Shown here in pieces: positions 23,878 through 32,629 of a stretch of 64,000 bases of DNA. The notes beneath the pieces were generated by a model. It was not told where the DNA came from. It made no database searches and worked only from the letters and a program-made list of their open reading frames with translations. How positions within the stretch are numbered: the stretch's first letter is position 1; every line of letters begins with the position of its first letter. Origin of the DNA: Rhodobacter sp. (lineage in GTDB: Bacteria; Pseudomonadota; Alphaproteobacteria; Rhodobacterales; Rhodobacteraceae); contig JAIYDJ010000016.1 of assembly GCA_027487575.1 (NCBI GenBank), positions 43,868-107,867 on the forward strand, given 5' to 3'. The position numbers and the translations under genes were made by a program.

Positions 23878-24168
23878 ATGGAATTGACCACCTCTCTTGC
23901 TGCCCAGACCTACAGTCAGGCCCGTTCGGCGGCTGCGCCCTCTCCACAGGGGGGCGGCGACACCGCCGGATTGGCCGGTCTGGTTGACACCTTTGCCAGA
24001 ACCCTTGCCGAGGGAGAGGCGGTCGCAAAATCCGCGATGACCGGCGGGGCTGATCCCCATGCCCTGGTGCAGGCGCTGGCGTCCTCGCAACTGGCTGTCG
24101 AAACCGTGGCGACCGTGCGCGACCGGGTCGTCGAGGCTTATCAGGAAATCCTGAGGATGCCGGTATGA
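23878..24168 (+). CDS. fliE: Flagellar hook-basal body complex protein FliE
   Basis: 96 aa. The C-terminus LVQALASSQLAVETVATVRDRVVEAYQEILRMPV is typical of FliE. Confidence 0.85.
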   Translation: MELTTSLAAQTYSQARSAAAPSPQGGGDTAGLAGLVDTFARTLAEGEAVAKSAMTGGADPHALVQALASSQLAVETVATVRDRVVEAYQEILRMPV

Positions 24169-24431
24169 CCGAGAGCACGCTGTTTGATGTGCTGCGTCAG
24201 GCCTTGTGGATTTCCGTCGTGATTTCGGCCCCGATGCTGGCCGTGGCCCTTGTGGCGGGCGTGGCGATCGGCCTGTTCCAGGCGCTGACCTCGGTTCAGG
24301 AGATGACGCTGACCTTTGTGCCCAAGGTGGGCGCCATGATGGTGGTGTTCTGGGTGTCCATGAGCTTCATGACCACCACGCTGGTCGCGTTCTTTCAGGA
24401 CCGGCTGATCCCTCTGATCGCGGGGGGCTGA
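24165..24431 (+). CDS. fliQ: Flagellar export apparatus protein FliQ
   Basis: 88 aa with two TM helices. LFQALTSVQEMTLTFVPK is the signature. Confidence 0.92.
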   Translation: MTESTLFDVLRQALWISVVISAPMLAVALVAGVAIGLFQALTSVQEMTLTFVPKVGAMMVVFWVSMSFMTTTLVAFFQDRLIPLIAGG

Positions 24432-24434
24432 AGC

Positions 24435-25145
24435 ATGGACGCGATCGGAACAACGACATTGACACGGCAGGCCGGGCTGATGCGCGAGATGAACGTGATC
24501 GCGCAGAACATCGCCAACATCTCGACTGCGGGCTTTCGCCGCGAGGGGGTGGTCTTCTCGGAATATGTTCAGCGGATGGAGGCGGGTCCGTCGCTGTCGA
24601 TGGCCCATGGCAACGGGCGGGCCGTCGATCTGAGCCAGGCCGGATTGTCCGCGACCGGCGGCACCTTCGACTTCGCCATCCAGGGCGAGGGGTTCTTCCT
24701 GATCGAAACGCCCGACGGTCAGCAACTGACCCGCGCCGGGGCCTTCACGCCGTCGGCCGAGGGTGCACTGGTGACGCCCGACGGTTACCGCCTTCTCGAT
24801 GAAGGGGGGGCGCCGGTGATAGTGCCGCCGGGCGCGGGCGCGGTCTCGCTGGCGCAGGATGGCACGCTGTCGGCCGGGGGCGCGGCGCTGGCGCGGATCG
24901 GCCTCTGGCAGCCGGCCGACCCGGTGTCGCTGCGCCATCAGGCGGGAACGCTGTTCAGCGCCGATGCCGTCGAACCGGCGGATGGGGCGGTCCTGATGCA
25001 GGGCTTTCTGGAAGACAGCAACGTCGAACCCGTGTCCGAGATTGCCCGGATGATTGCGGTGCAACGCGCCTACGAACTTGGCCAGACATTTCTGGACCGC
25101 GAGGATGCCCGGGTGCGCGGCATCATCGAAACCCTTGGCCGATAG
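24435..25145 (+). CDS. flgF: Flagellar basal-body rod protein FlgF
   Basis: NVIAQNIANISTAGFRRE at the N-terminus and VEPVSEIARMIAVQRAYE at the C-terminus. Confidence 0.9.
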   Translation: MDAIGTTTLTRQAGLMREMNVIAQNIANISTAGFRREGVVFSEYVQRMEAGPSLSMAHGNGRAVDLSQAGLSATGGTFDFAIQGEGFFLIETPDGQQLTRAGAFTPSAEGALVTPDGYRLLDEGGAPVIVPPGAGAVSLAQDGTLSAGGAALARIGLWQPADPVSLRHQAGTLFSADAVEPADGAVLMQGFLEDSNVEPVSEIARMIAVQRAYELGQTFLDREDARVRGIIETLGR

Positions 25146-25154
25146 GAGCCTGCG

Positions 25155-25940
25155 ATGAAAGCCCTGCAGATCGCCGCAACCGGCATGTCGGCCCAGCAGA
25201 TGCGGGTCGATGTGGTGTCCAACAATCTCGCCAACATGTCGACCACCGGCTACAACGCTCGCCGCGCCGACTTTGCCGACCTGCACTATCAACAGCTTGC
25301 GCGGCCCGGCACGGTGACCTCCGCGGGGGGTACGGTTCTGCCCACCGGCGTGCAGATCGGGCTTGGGGTCCGGCCTGCCTCGGTTTCGGTCGTGCTGGCG
25401 CAGGGGTCGCTGACCCAGACAGGCGGCGATCTCGATGTAGCGATCGAGGGGCAGGGCTATCTGGAAGTGACCCTGCCGTCAGGTGCGGCGGGCTATACCC
25501 GCGACGGCGCGCTGAAGCGGTCCGCAGACGGGCTGATCGTGACGTCGGACGGCTACCCGATCGCGCCGCAGATCACCATCCCGTCGGACGCCCGGTCGAT
25601 TTCGGTCAACGCTGCGGGCGAAGTCTATGCCTTTTTCCAGGGCCAGGTGGACCCGCAGCTGCTGGGGCAGTTGTCGCTTGTCGGGTTTTCGAACGAAAAG
25701 GGGTTGGAGGCGATGGGCTCCAACCTGTTTCTTGAAACGCAGGCTTCGGGCGCGCCCCTTGTCGGCACCGCCGGGTCAGACGGTCTGGGAACGCTCCGGC
25801 AAGGTTATCTGGAGGAAAGCTCGGTCGATGCGGTGCGCGAGGTGACCGAACTGATCAAGGCGCAGCGCGGCTATGAACTGAACGCCAAGGTGATCACCGC
25901 AGCCGACCAGATGCTGTCGGCCACCACGCAGGTGCGGTGA
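25155..25940 (+). CDS. flgG: Flagellar distal rod protein FlgG
   Basis: MKALQIAATGMSAQQMRVDVVSNNLANMSTTGYN and GYLEESSVDAVREVTELIKAQRGYE. Confidence 0.95.
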   Translation: MKALQIAATGMSAQQMRVDVVSNNLANMSTTGYNARRADFADLHYQQLARPGTVTSAGGTVLPTGVQIGLGVRPASVSVVLAQGSLTQTGGDLDVAIEGQGYLEVTLPSGAAGYTRDGALKRSADGLIVTSDGYPIAPQITIPSDARSISVNAAGEVYAFFQGQVDPQLLGQLSLVGFSNEKGLEAMGSNLFLETQASGAPLVGTAGSDGLGTLRQGYLEESSVDAVREVTELIKAQRGYELNAKVITAADQMLSATTQVR

Positions 25941-26356
25941 TGTGGCGGGTCCTGCTGATGCTGCTGCCGACCGCGGCGCTGGCCGACAGTGTGGTGGCCA
26001 CCCGCCCGATCCGCGCGATGGCCGTGATCACGCCCGAGGATGTGACCACGGTTGCTGCCGACATCGACGGGGCGCTGCAGGACGTGGCCGCTGCGGTGGG
26101 GCAGGAGGCGCGGGTGATGATCTACCCCGGCCGCCCGGTCCGGTCCGGCGATCTCGGCCTCCCCTCGATCGTGGAGCGCAACGCGGTCGTACCCTTGTCC
26201 TACCGCACGGCGAGCCTCGTCATCCTGACCGAAGGCCGGGCGCTGGACCGGGGGGGGGCGGGCGATGCCATCCGCGTGATGAACCTGACCTCCCGCACCA
26301 TCGTGACCGGGCTGATCGGGCCGGACGGGACGGTGAACGTGGGACCAAACTCATGA
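25937..26356 (+). CDS. flgA: Flagellar P-ring assembly chaperone FlgA
   Basis: Signal peptide plus SAF-like G..V......PG.PV...DL. GDAIRVMNLTSRTIVTGLIGPDGTV is typical of the FlgA C-terminus. Confidence 0.85.
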   Translation: MMWRVLLMLLPTAALADSVVATRPIRAMAVITPEDVTTVAADIDGALQDVAAAVGQEARVMIYPGRPVRSGDLGLPSIVERNAVVPLSYRTASLVILTEGRALDRGGAGDAIRVMNLTSRTIVTGLIGPDGTVNVGPNS

Positions 26357-27087
26357 AAGAGAGCGCGATGCGGACGATGACCCTGGCCCCGTTGATTCTG
26401 GCGGCCTGCAGTACGGCAGGGCAGGTTGGCCGCGCGCCCGAGTTTTCGGCGCTCGAAGGCAGCTATCAGCATCATGCGATGTATTCCAACCCGCTGCTCC
26501 AGTCCGCCGACCCCGCCGCGCCCAGCGACGAAGCCTCGCTCTGGACGGCCGGGCGCAGTTCCCTGTTCGGGGACCGGCGGGCGGAACTGCGCGGAGATAT
26601 CCTGACTGTAGTGATCGAAATCGACGAAAAGGCCGAAATCTCGAACCAGACCGACCGGAGCCGCTCGGGCGGCCAGACGGCGGGAATTCCCCAGTTGTTC
26701 GGGATTCCACAGCGGCTCGACAGCGGTCTGCCGGCCGGTGCCAGCCTGGCCGAGGCGGTCGAGACCAGCGCGGAGTCGAGCTACGAAGGCGAAGGGTCGG
26801 TCCGGCGCAATGAAAAGCTGACTCTGCGGGTCGCGGCCACCGTGGTGGAAGAATTGCCGAACGGCGTGCTGCGGATCGAAGGACAGCAGGAGGTGCGGGT
26901 GAATTTCGAACTGCGTGAACTGATCGTGACCGGGTATGTCCGACCGACCGACATTTCCCGGCAGAACGAGATCACCTATGACAAGATCGCGGGTGCGCGG
27001 ATATCCTATGGCGGGCGCGGGCAGATCACCGATGTGCAGCAACCGCGCTATGGGGACCAGATCCTCGACCAGATTCTGCCGTTTTGA
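26353..27087 (+). CDS. flgH: Flagellar L-ring lipoprotein FlgH
   Basis: Lipobox LILAACS. SLF.DRRA...GDILTVVI and GQQEVRVNFELRELIVTGYVRPTDI are present. ATG 26353 overlaps the flgA stop. The track ORF from 25942 is over-extended. Confidence 0.92.
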   Translation: MKESAMRTMTLAPLILAACSTAGQVGRAPEFSALEGSYQHHAMYSNPLLQSADPAAPSDEASLWTAGRSSLFGDRRAELRGDILTVVIEIDEKAEISNQTDRSRSGGQTAGIPQLFGIPQRLDSGLPAGASLAEAVETSAESSYEGEGSVRRNEKLTLRVAATVVEELPNGVLRIEGQQEVRVNFELRELIVTGYVRPTDISRQNEITYDKIAGARISYGGRGQITDVQQPRYGDQILDQILPF

Positions 27088-27575
27088 CCGTGCTGCGCAA
27101 ACTCATCCCGATCCTGCTTGCACTGACCGGCCTTGGCGCCGGCATGGGCGCAGGCCTTGCCTTGCGCCCGGCGGCGGACATGCCCGCCGAATCCGATCAC
27201 ACAGAGACGGACCCCAAGGCGACCGAGGCGGAAGCGGTCGATCCGGAAATGCTGCCTGACTATGTGAAGCTGAACAACCAGTTCATCGTGCCCATCCTGC
27301 AGGACGGGCGCGTGGTGTCGATGGTCATCCTGTCGCTGAGCCTCGAAGTCCTGCAGGGCACGACCGAGAATGTCTACAAGCGCGAGCCGAAACTGCGCGA
27401 CGTGTTCCTGCAGGTCATGTTCGATCATGCCAATGCGGGCGGGTTCAAGGGCTCCTTCACCGATGGCGCAAACCTGGTGCTGCTGCGCAAGGCGCTTCTC
27501 GAGGCTGCGGTGACCACCTTGGGCGAGAGTGTCACCGATGTCCTGATCGTCGACATCGTGCGTCAGGACAGTTGA
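27084..27575 (+). CDS. fliL: Flagellar basal-body-associated protein FliL (paralog 1)
   Basis: N-terminal TM helix, then YVKLNNQFIVPILQDGRVVSMVILSLSLEV...KLRDVFLQV is the FliL pattern. TTG start overlaps the flgH stop. Confidence 0.85.
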   Translation: MTVLRKLIPILLALTGLGAGMGAGLALRPAADMPAESDHTETDPKATEAEAVDPEMLPDYVKLNNQFIVPILQDGRVVSMVILSLSLEVLQGTTENVYKREPKLRDVFLQVMFDHANAGGFKGSFTDGANLVLLRKALLEAAVTTLGESVTDVLIVDIVRQDS

Positions 27576-27581
27576 ACCCCG

Positions 27582-27923
27582 TCATTTCTGCCGCTTTGCC
27601 AGCTTTTCAAGCGCCTGCGCCCGTCCAAAGGCCCGCGCCGCCTCGTCGCGCGCCTCGATCCAGGTGGCGGTCTGCCGGGCAAGGGCCAGGTTGATCTCGG
27701 CCCGGCGCAGATCGGCCCAATGCTGATACCGCAAGCCAACCTCGGCGGCGGCCAGTTCGGACAGGTCGGTGGCCGCACCGGGGCGATCCAGATCGGCCAG
27801 CCGGTCCAGACTGGCGCGACGCGCGGCCGCGGCAGAGTCGAGCGTGGCAAGCCGCGCATCCAGCAGCAAATTCCCCAGCACGCGCAGGCGTTCCATCTTC
27901 TGGCGGTCTTCTGAAGGGTTCAT
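27582..27923 (-). CDS. Hypothetical 113-aa coiled-coil protein, last gene of the flhA-fliR-flhB unit (FliJ candidate)
   Basis: ATGA overlap with the flhB stop. The sequence is Ala/Arg/Leu/Glu-rich and looks helical throughout. I recognise no motif. Confidence 0.55.
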   Translation of the reverse strand: MNPSEDRQKMERLRVLGNLLLDARLATLDSAAAARRASLDRLADLDRPGAATDLSELAAAEVGLRYQHWADLRRAEINLALARQTATWIEARDEAARAFGRAQALEKLAKRQK

Positions 27924-29002
27924 GTGCGGACCTTCGGCTTGCGTTTGCGGACCGCCTCGGAAAACCGGATGGCAGCAGCCACGGCGCGATAGTGTTCCGG
28001 CCGGATCATCTGCCCGATCTCGACACTGGCGTGCAGCGCCCGGGCCGTAGGCGGGTCGCTGTGCAACGGCACGCCGGTCAGGGCCGCCCTTTCGCGGATG
28101 CGGGCGGCGATTTCGTCAACCCCCTTGGCGATGCAGACCGGTGCCGACCGGTCGTTGCGGTGCCACTTCAGGGCCACGGCGTAGTGCGTCGGGTTGACGA
28201 TGATGACATCCGCGCGCCCCACGTCCAGAAGCATCCTGTTGGTCGCGATCTCCTGCCCGCGCTGACGCCGCTGTTGCTTGATGTGGGGATCGCCTTCGCT
28301 GTCCTTGCTTTCATCCATCAGCTCTTGCCGCGACATCCGGTTGCGATAGCTGTGCTGCCCGACCTGCCACAGATAGTCGACCGCGCCGAACACCGCGGCG
28401 ATCAGCAGAGCGACGAACAGGAAGTCGAGCAGGATCTGCATCATGGCGGCGCTGGACTGTGCCGGGGTCTGGTGCAAGCTCGTCAGGATCGCCTCGGCAT
28501 GCCCCGACAGGAACCACCCGAGCGCCAGGCTGACCAGCACCAGCTTGCCCGTGCTTTGCGCGAAGGCCATCAGCCCCTCCCGTCCGAATTTCTGCCCGGC
28601 ATTGGCCAGCAACGACAGCCGCGACAGTTTCGGAGCGAGTTTTTCAGGCGCAAAGACCAGCGCGCGCTGCGCCACCACCGCCAGCAGCGCCGCGGCCATC
28701 GGCAGCACAAAGAGCGGCGCGAACGTGGTGGCGAGCGACCCGAACAGCCCGCCGGCCGGCGCGTGGGCGGCGGTCAGAAAGACCGGGGCCAGCCGGTCCG
28801 CCTCGCCCAGCAGCATCGCGCCGGTTTCCCCGGCGCGCCGGATCATCAGGGCCCCCGACACCAGACCCGCGATCAGCAGGCCGCCATAGCTGGCCGCCGT
28901 GATCAACTCGGCGGACTTCGGCACCTCTCCGCGTTTGCGGGCGTCGTCCAGACGCTTCTGCGACGGGTCGTGCGGCTTGTCGGACGGGCTTTCGTCGCTC
29001 AT
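27920..29002 (-). CDS. flhB: Flagellar export switch protein FlhB
   Basis: KPHDPSQKRLDDARKRGEVPKS N-terminus, four TM segments, and the autocleavage motif NPTHYAVAL. Start at ATG 29002. Confidence 0.93.
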   Translation of the reverse strand: MSDESPSDKPHDPSQKRLDDARKRGEVPKSAELITAASYGGLLIAGLVSGALMIRRAGETGAMLLGEADRLAPVFLTAAHAPAGGLFGSLATTFAPLFVLPMAAALLAVVAQRALVFAPEKLAPKLSRLSLLANAGQKFGREGLMAFAQSTGKLVLVSLALGWFLSGHAEAILTSLHQTPAQSSAAMMQILLDFLFVALLIAAVFGAVDYLWQVGQHSYRNRMSRQELMDESKDSEGDPHIKQQRRQRGQEIATNRMLLDVGRADVIIVNPTHYAVALKWHRNDRSAPVCIAKGVDEIAARIRERAALTGVPLHSDPPTARALHASVEIGQMIRPEHYRAVAAAIRFSEAVRKRKPKVRT

Positions 29003-29778
29003 CTCTGCGCCGGAAACGGGTTGGCGAGAAAGGCGTTGAAGTCGGCCAGCCAAAGCGCCAGGGCGAGCGGGGCCACGATGGCCAGAAGGACCAGCCCCCC
29101 CAGCGTCAGCGCGGGCGCGCCCACGAAAGACACCATCAGGTTCGGCATGGCGCGGTTGATGACGCCAAGGGCGACGTTGTAGATCATCGCGGCGAGAGTG
29201 AACGGCGCGGCCAGCATGAACGCCAGTGAAAAGGCGCGCGCGACCTCGCCCAGGCCCCAGTCCGCAAGGTCGGCCGACGAGGGCAGGCGCCCCTGCGGCA
29301 GGATCGTGTAGGACAGGATCATCAGTTCCGCCGCCCGTACATGCAACCCGGACATCACGGCGAGCGCGAGGCCGCCGGTGACCAGAAGGTTACCGATCGC
29401 CGGTTGCGGTTCCGGTCCCATGCCACCGAAAAGCTGTGCCAGCGAGGTCGCCTGCGCCATGATCATCCCGGCCATTTGCAATGCCATGATGAACAGCCGC
29501 AGACCGAGGCCAAGGGCAAGGCCCGCCACCACCTCGACGGCGACAGGCCGCAGCAACCTGCCGTCCGAAGGCGCGATGTGCGGCAGGATGGCAGGTGCGA
29601 TGACGGCGGTGAACGCGACGGTCAGCACCAGACGGATGCGCGCCGGAATGATCTGTTCCCCGAACCCGGGCATCAGCGCCATGACGGCCCCGACCCGGCA
29701 GAACACCAGAAAGGCGGACCAGATCCACCCTTCGGTCTGTCCGGTCAATTGGGTCAGGCCAGAGATCAGGTCCGTCAT
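28999..29778 (-). CDS. fliR: Flagellar export apparatus protein FliR
   Basis: 259-aa polytopic protein (FLVFCRVGAVMALMPGFGE...). Its ATG overlaps the flhA stop, and its stop overlaps the flhB start. Confidence 0.9.
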   Translation of the reverse strand: MTDLISGLTQLTGQTEGWIWSAFLVFCRVGAVMALMPGFGEQIIPARIRLVLTVAFTAVIAPAILPHIAPSDGRLLRPVAVEVVAGLALGLGLRLFIMALQMAGMIMAQATSLAQLFGGMGPEPQPAIGNLLVTGGLALAVMSGLHVRAAELMILSYTILPQGRLPSSADLADWGLGEVARAFSLAFMLAAPFTLAAMIYNVALGVINRAMPNLMVSFVGAPALTLGGLVLLAIVAPLALALWLADFNAFLANPFPAQR

Positions 29779-31853
29779 ACCGGTACGATCCCCAGCATGG
29801 CGGGCCGCGCCTCCAGCCCGATTTCCTCGTAGGACAGGACGGGGGCGGTCAGCCCCTTGGCCCCCATGACGGTCCGCAAAAAGCGGCGACGCAGCGACGA
29901 GGTGACCAGCGCGGGGTAGGCGCCGGTTTCCGCCGCACGGTTCAGCTTGTCTGCAAGCCCGTTCGCGAGCCTTCCGAATTGTTCGGGCGGCAGGGCGACA
30001 TCCCGCAGACCGCGATCGCCGTCGATCTGATGGGCGGCAAAGGTCTTTTCCCATTCCGGCGCCAGTTGGATCAGCGGGATCGTGCCATCGTCGCGTTTCA
30101 GCTCCGCCACCAGTTGGAACCCCAGCCGCTGGCGCACATGCTCGCAAACCGCTTCGGGCGCGCCCAGTGACCGGGCTTCGGCAATCGCCTCGAGGATGAG
30201 GGGCAGGTTTCGGATCGACACGCGCTCTTCCAGCAACAGGCGCAGCACCGTCAGCAGAAGATCGACGGGAACCTTGTCCGGCACCAGTTCGTCCAAGAGG
30301 CGCTTGTTCGATTCGGCGCGGGCGGGGTCCGACACCGCGATGAATTCGTCCAGCAGGCGTCGCAGGCCGCGCATCGACAGAAGCCTTGCCAGATTGCCGC
30401 GTATGACCTCGAGCAGGTGGGTCGCCAGAACCTCGGGCGGTGAAACGACCGTCAGGCCGGACAGCGCCGCCGTGTCCTGATGGTCGGGCCTGATCCAGCG
30501 GGCAGGCGCGCCATAGACCGGCTCGCGCACGTCGATCCCCTCGGGGGCGGTCACACCCTCGGTCAGCAGGACCAGAATTCGGTCGGGCATCAGGCGGTCC
30601 CGCACCTTTTCGACGCCCTGAAGCCGGATGCGGTACGTGCCCGGGGGCAGCGTCGCCTCGTCGGTCAGGCGCATTTCCGGCAGGATCAGGCCAAAGCTGG
30701 CGGCGACGTGGTTGCGCATGTTGAAGATGCGGCTGTCAAGACCGGTGGCAGGGTCCAGAACCATGGACACCAGATTCGGCGCGAATTCGATGTGGATCTC
30801 GTCGAAATCCAGAACATCGCCGATGCCCTCGCGTTTGGGCGGTTCGGGCGCCTTGGCAGGCTCCACCGGCGGGTGGGCGGCAAGGTTGTAGGCGCGCCAG
30901 GCAAGGTATCCCAGAATGATTGCCGCGACCATGAAGGGCACAAACGGCATTCCCGGAACCACGGCCAGCAGGGCCATCAGCGCAGCCACCGTGCCGAGGG
31001 CCCCGGGAAAACGGCCAAGCTGTGCGAAGAACGAAATGTCCGTCGCCCCCACTGCCCCGCCCCGCGCCAGCAGCAACGCTGCTGCCACCGAAATGATGAC
31101 GGCAGGGATCTGGCTGACCAGCCCGTCCCCCACCGTCAGGATGGCATAAACCTCGAATGCCTCGCCAAACGGCATGTCGTGGTAAACCGTCCCCATGATC
31201 AGACCGACGGTGATGTTCAGGCCGGTGATCAGCAGGCTGGCCACCGCATCGCCCTTGACGAACTTCGACACGCCGTCAAGCGAGCCGAAGAAGGTGGTTT
31301 CCGCCAGTTCGCGTTCGCGCCGCGCCTTCGCTTCGGCATGGTCGATCGCCCCCGCCGACATGTCGGCGTCGATGGCCAGCTGCTTTCCCGGCATCCCGTC
31401 CAGCGCAAACCGCGCCCCGACTTCTGCCATCCGGCCTGCCCCTTTGGTGATGACCACAAAGTTGACAATCATCAGGACGCAGAACACCACGATCCCCAGA
31501 AGAAGGTTGCCGCCCATGATGAATTCGGCAAACCCCTCGATCACGTGGCCTGCGGCGTCGGTGCCGGTGTGCCCCTCACCGATGATCAGCTTGGTCGACG
31601 ACACGTTCAGCGAAAGGCGCAGCATCAGCGACGCCAGAAGGATGGTCGGGAATGCCGAAAAATCCAGCGGGCGTTCGATGAACAGGGTGACCGTCAGCAT
31701 CAGGATGGCCAGCGCGAAGGAAAGCGCCAACCCGACGTCGAGCATCCAGGCCGGGACCGGCAGGACCATCATGACGATCACGCCCATCAGCGCGAGGGCG
31801 AGCAGGATGGTCGGCTGGAACAGCGTTGCCGCAGTGAGTCGAAGGGTGGGCAT
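29775..31853 (-). CDS. flhA: Flagellar export gate protein FlhA
   Basis: 692 aa with the FHIPEP region (ITKGAGRMAEVGARFALDGMPGKQLAIDADM) and a cytoplasmic C-domain. Confidence 0.96.
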   Translation of the reverse strand: MPTLRLTAATLFQPTILLALALMGVIVMMVLPVPAWMLDVGLALSFALAILMLTVTLFIERPLDFSAFPTILLASLMLRLSLNVSSTKLIIGEGHTGTDAAGHVIEGFAEFIMGGNLLLGIVVFCVLMIVNFVVITKGAGRMAEVGARFALDGMPGKQLAIDADMSAGAIDHAEAKARRERELAETTFFGSLDGVSKFVKGDAVASLLITGLNITVGLIMGTVYHDMPFGEAFEVYAILTVGDGLVSQIPAVIISVAAALLLARGGAVGATDISFFAQLGRFPGALGTVAALMALLAVVPGMPFVPFMVAAIILGYLAWRAYNLAAHPPVEPAKAPEPPKREGIGDVLDFDEIHIEFAPNLVSMVLDPATGLDSRIFNMRNHVAASFGLILPEMRLTDEATLPPGTYRIRLQGVEKVRDRLMPDRILVLLTEGVTAPEGIDVREPVYGAPARWIRPDHQDTAALSGLTVVSPPEVLATHLLEVIRGNLARLLSMRGLRRLLDEFIAVSDPARAESNKRLLDELVPDKVPVDLLLTVLRLLLEERVSIRNLPLILEAIAEARSLGAPEAVCEHVRQRLGFQLVAELKRDDGTIPLIQLAPEWEKTFAAHQIDGDRGLRDVALPPEQFGRLANGLADKLNRAAETGAYPALVTSSLRRRFLRTVMGAKGLTAPVLSYEEIGLEARPAMLGIVPV

Positions 31854-31854
31854 C

Positions 31855-32514
31855 TCAGGGGGCGTCTCCGATCAGGGGGTGGCTGGCGGACAGGCGGGGG
31901 ACCAGCGACCCCCCGCTGCCGCGCGCGCCGGCCTGCAGCAGGGGGTAGCCGTCTTCCGTCTGCACCGCGGGATCGGGTGTTGCGCCCAGGCTGGACAGCA
32001 CAGCCTCGACCTTCGTCAGATAGGCCGAGGCGGGTCCAGCGCTGCGCGAGTGGTAGGCCGCCGCAGCCGCGGGCCAGGTCCCCAGTTCCCGGTGCAGGCG
32101 GATCAGAAAGCCCGCGGCATAACGGGCATTGGCGGCCGGATCGAACATCTGGTCCAGCGAGGCAAAGTTGCCGCCATGCCAGCGGTGGTTGACCTGAAAG
32201 CAGCCGATGTCCAGATTGCCGCCGCCCGCCAGCAATGCCGCTTCGGCCGCCGAGACCGCCTCGGCGCGGGTTGGAAACCAGGCACCGCTGCCCGCATGGT
32301 TCATCGTCCAGGGCCAGGGGCGCAGTGTTCCGCCAGAGGTTCTGCCGGTTTCCACACGGGTGATCGCAAGCAGGATGTCGGTCGGAACGCCGCTGTCCCG
32401 TGCGGCCATCGCCGCCGCCTCGTCACAAAGCGTGCCGGGGTCCCGTGAAGCCAGCGCCTGTGCCGCGAGGCAGACGAGGAAGGGCAGGATCAGCCAGAAA
32501 TGTCGCAACGGCAT
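31855..32514 (-). CDS. Lytic transglycosylase (SLT domain), flagellum-associated (SltF-like)
   Basis: Signal peptide MPLRHFWLILPFLVCLAAQALA. LLAITRVETG... contains the catalytic-Glu context, with GCFQVN..W and AAAAYHS also present. It ends 2 nt before the flhA start. The start could be as far upstream as 32559 (TTG). Confidence 0.8.
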   Translation of the reverse strand: MPLRHFWLILPFLVCLAAQALASRDPGTLCDEAAAMAARDSGVPTDILLAITRVETGRTSGGTLRPWPWTMNHAGSGAWFPTRAEAVSAAEAALLAGGGNLDIGCFQVNHRWHGGNFASLDQMFDPAANARYAAGFLIRLHRELGTWPAAAAAYHSRSAGPASAYLTKVEAVLSSLGATPDPAVQTEDGYPLLQAGARGSGGSLVPRLSASHPLIGDAP

Positions 32515-32629
32515 GGGTTTCACCCGGCAGGGTCGTGCGTGCTGCACGACAGTCTTCAAAGGCTAGAGGAGGAACCTTTCGGAAAGGTAAGCGGGCGCCT
32601 GGTCTTGGCTACCCCCGACGCGCCTTGCC

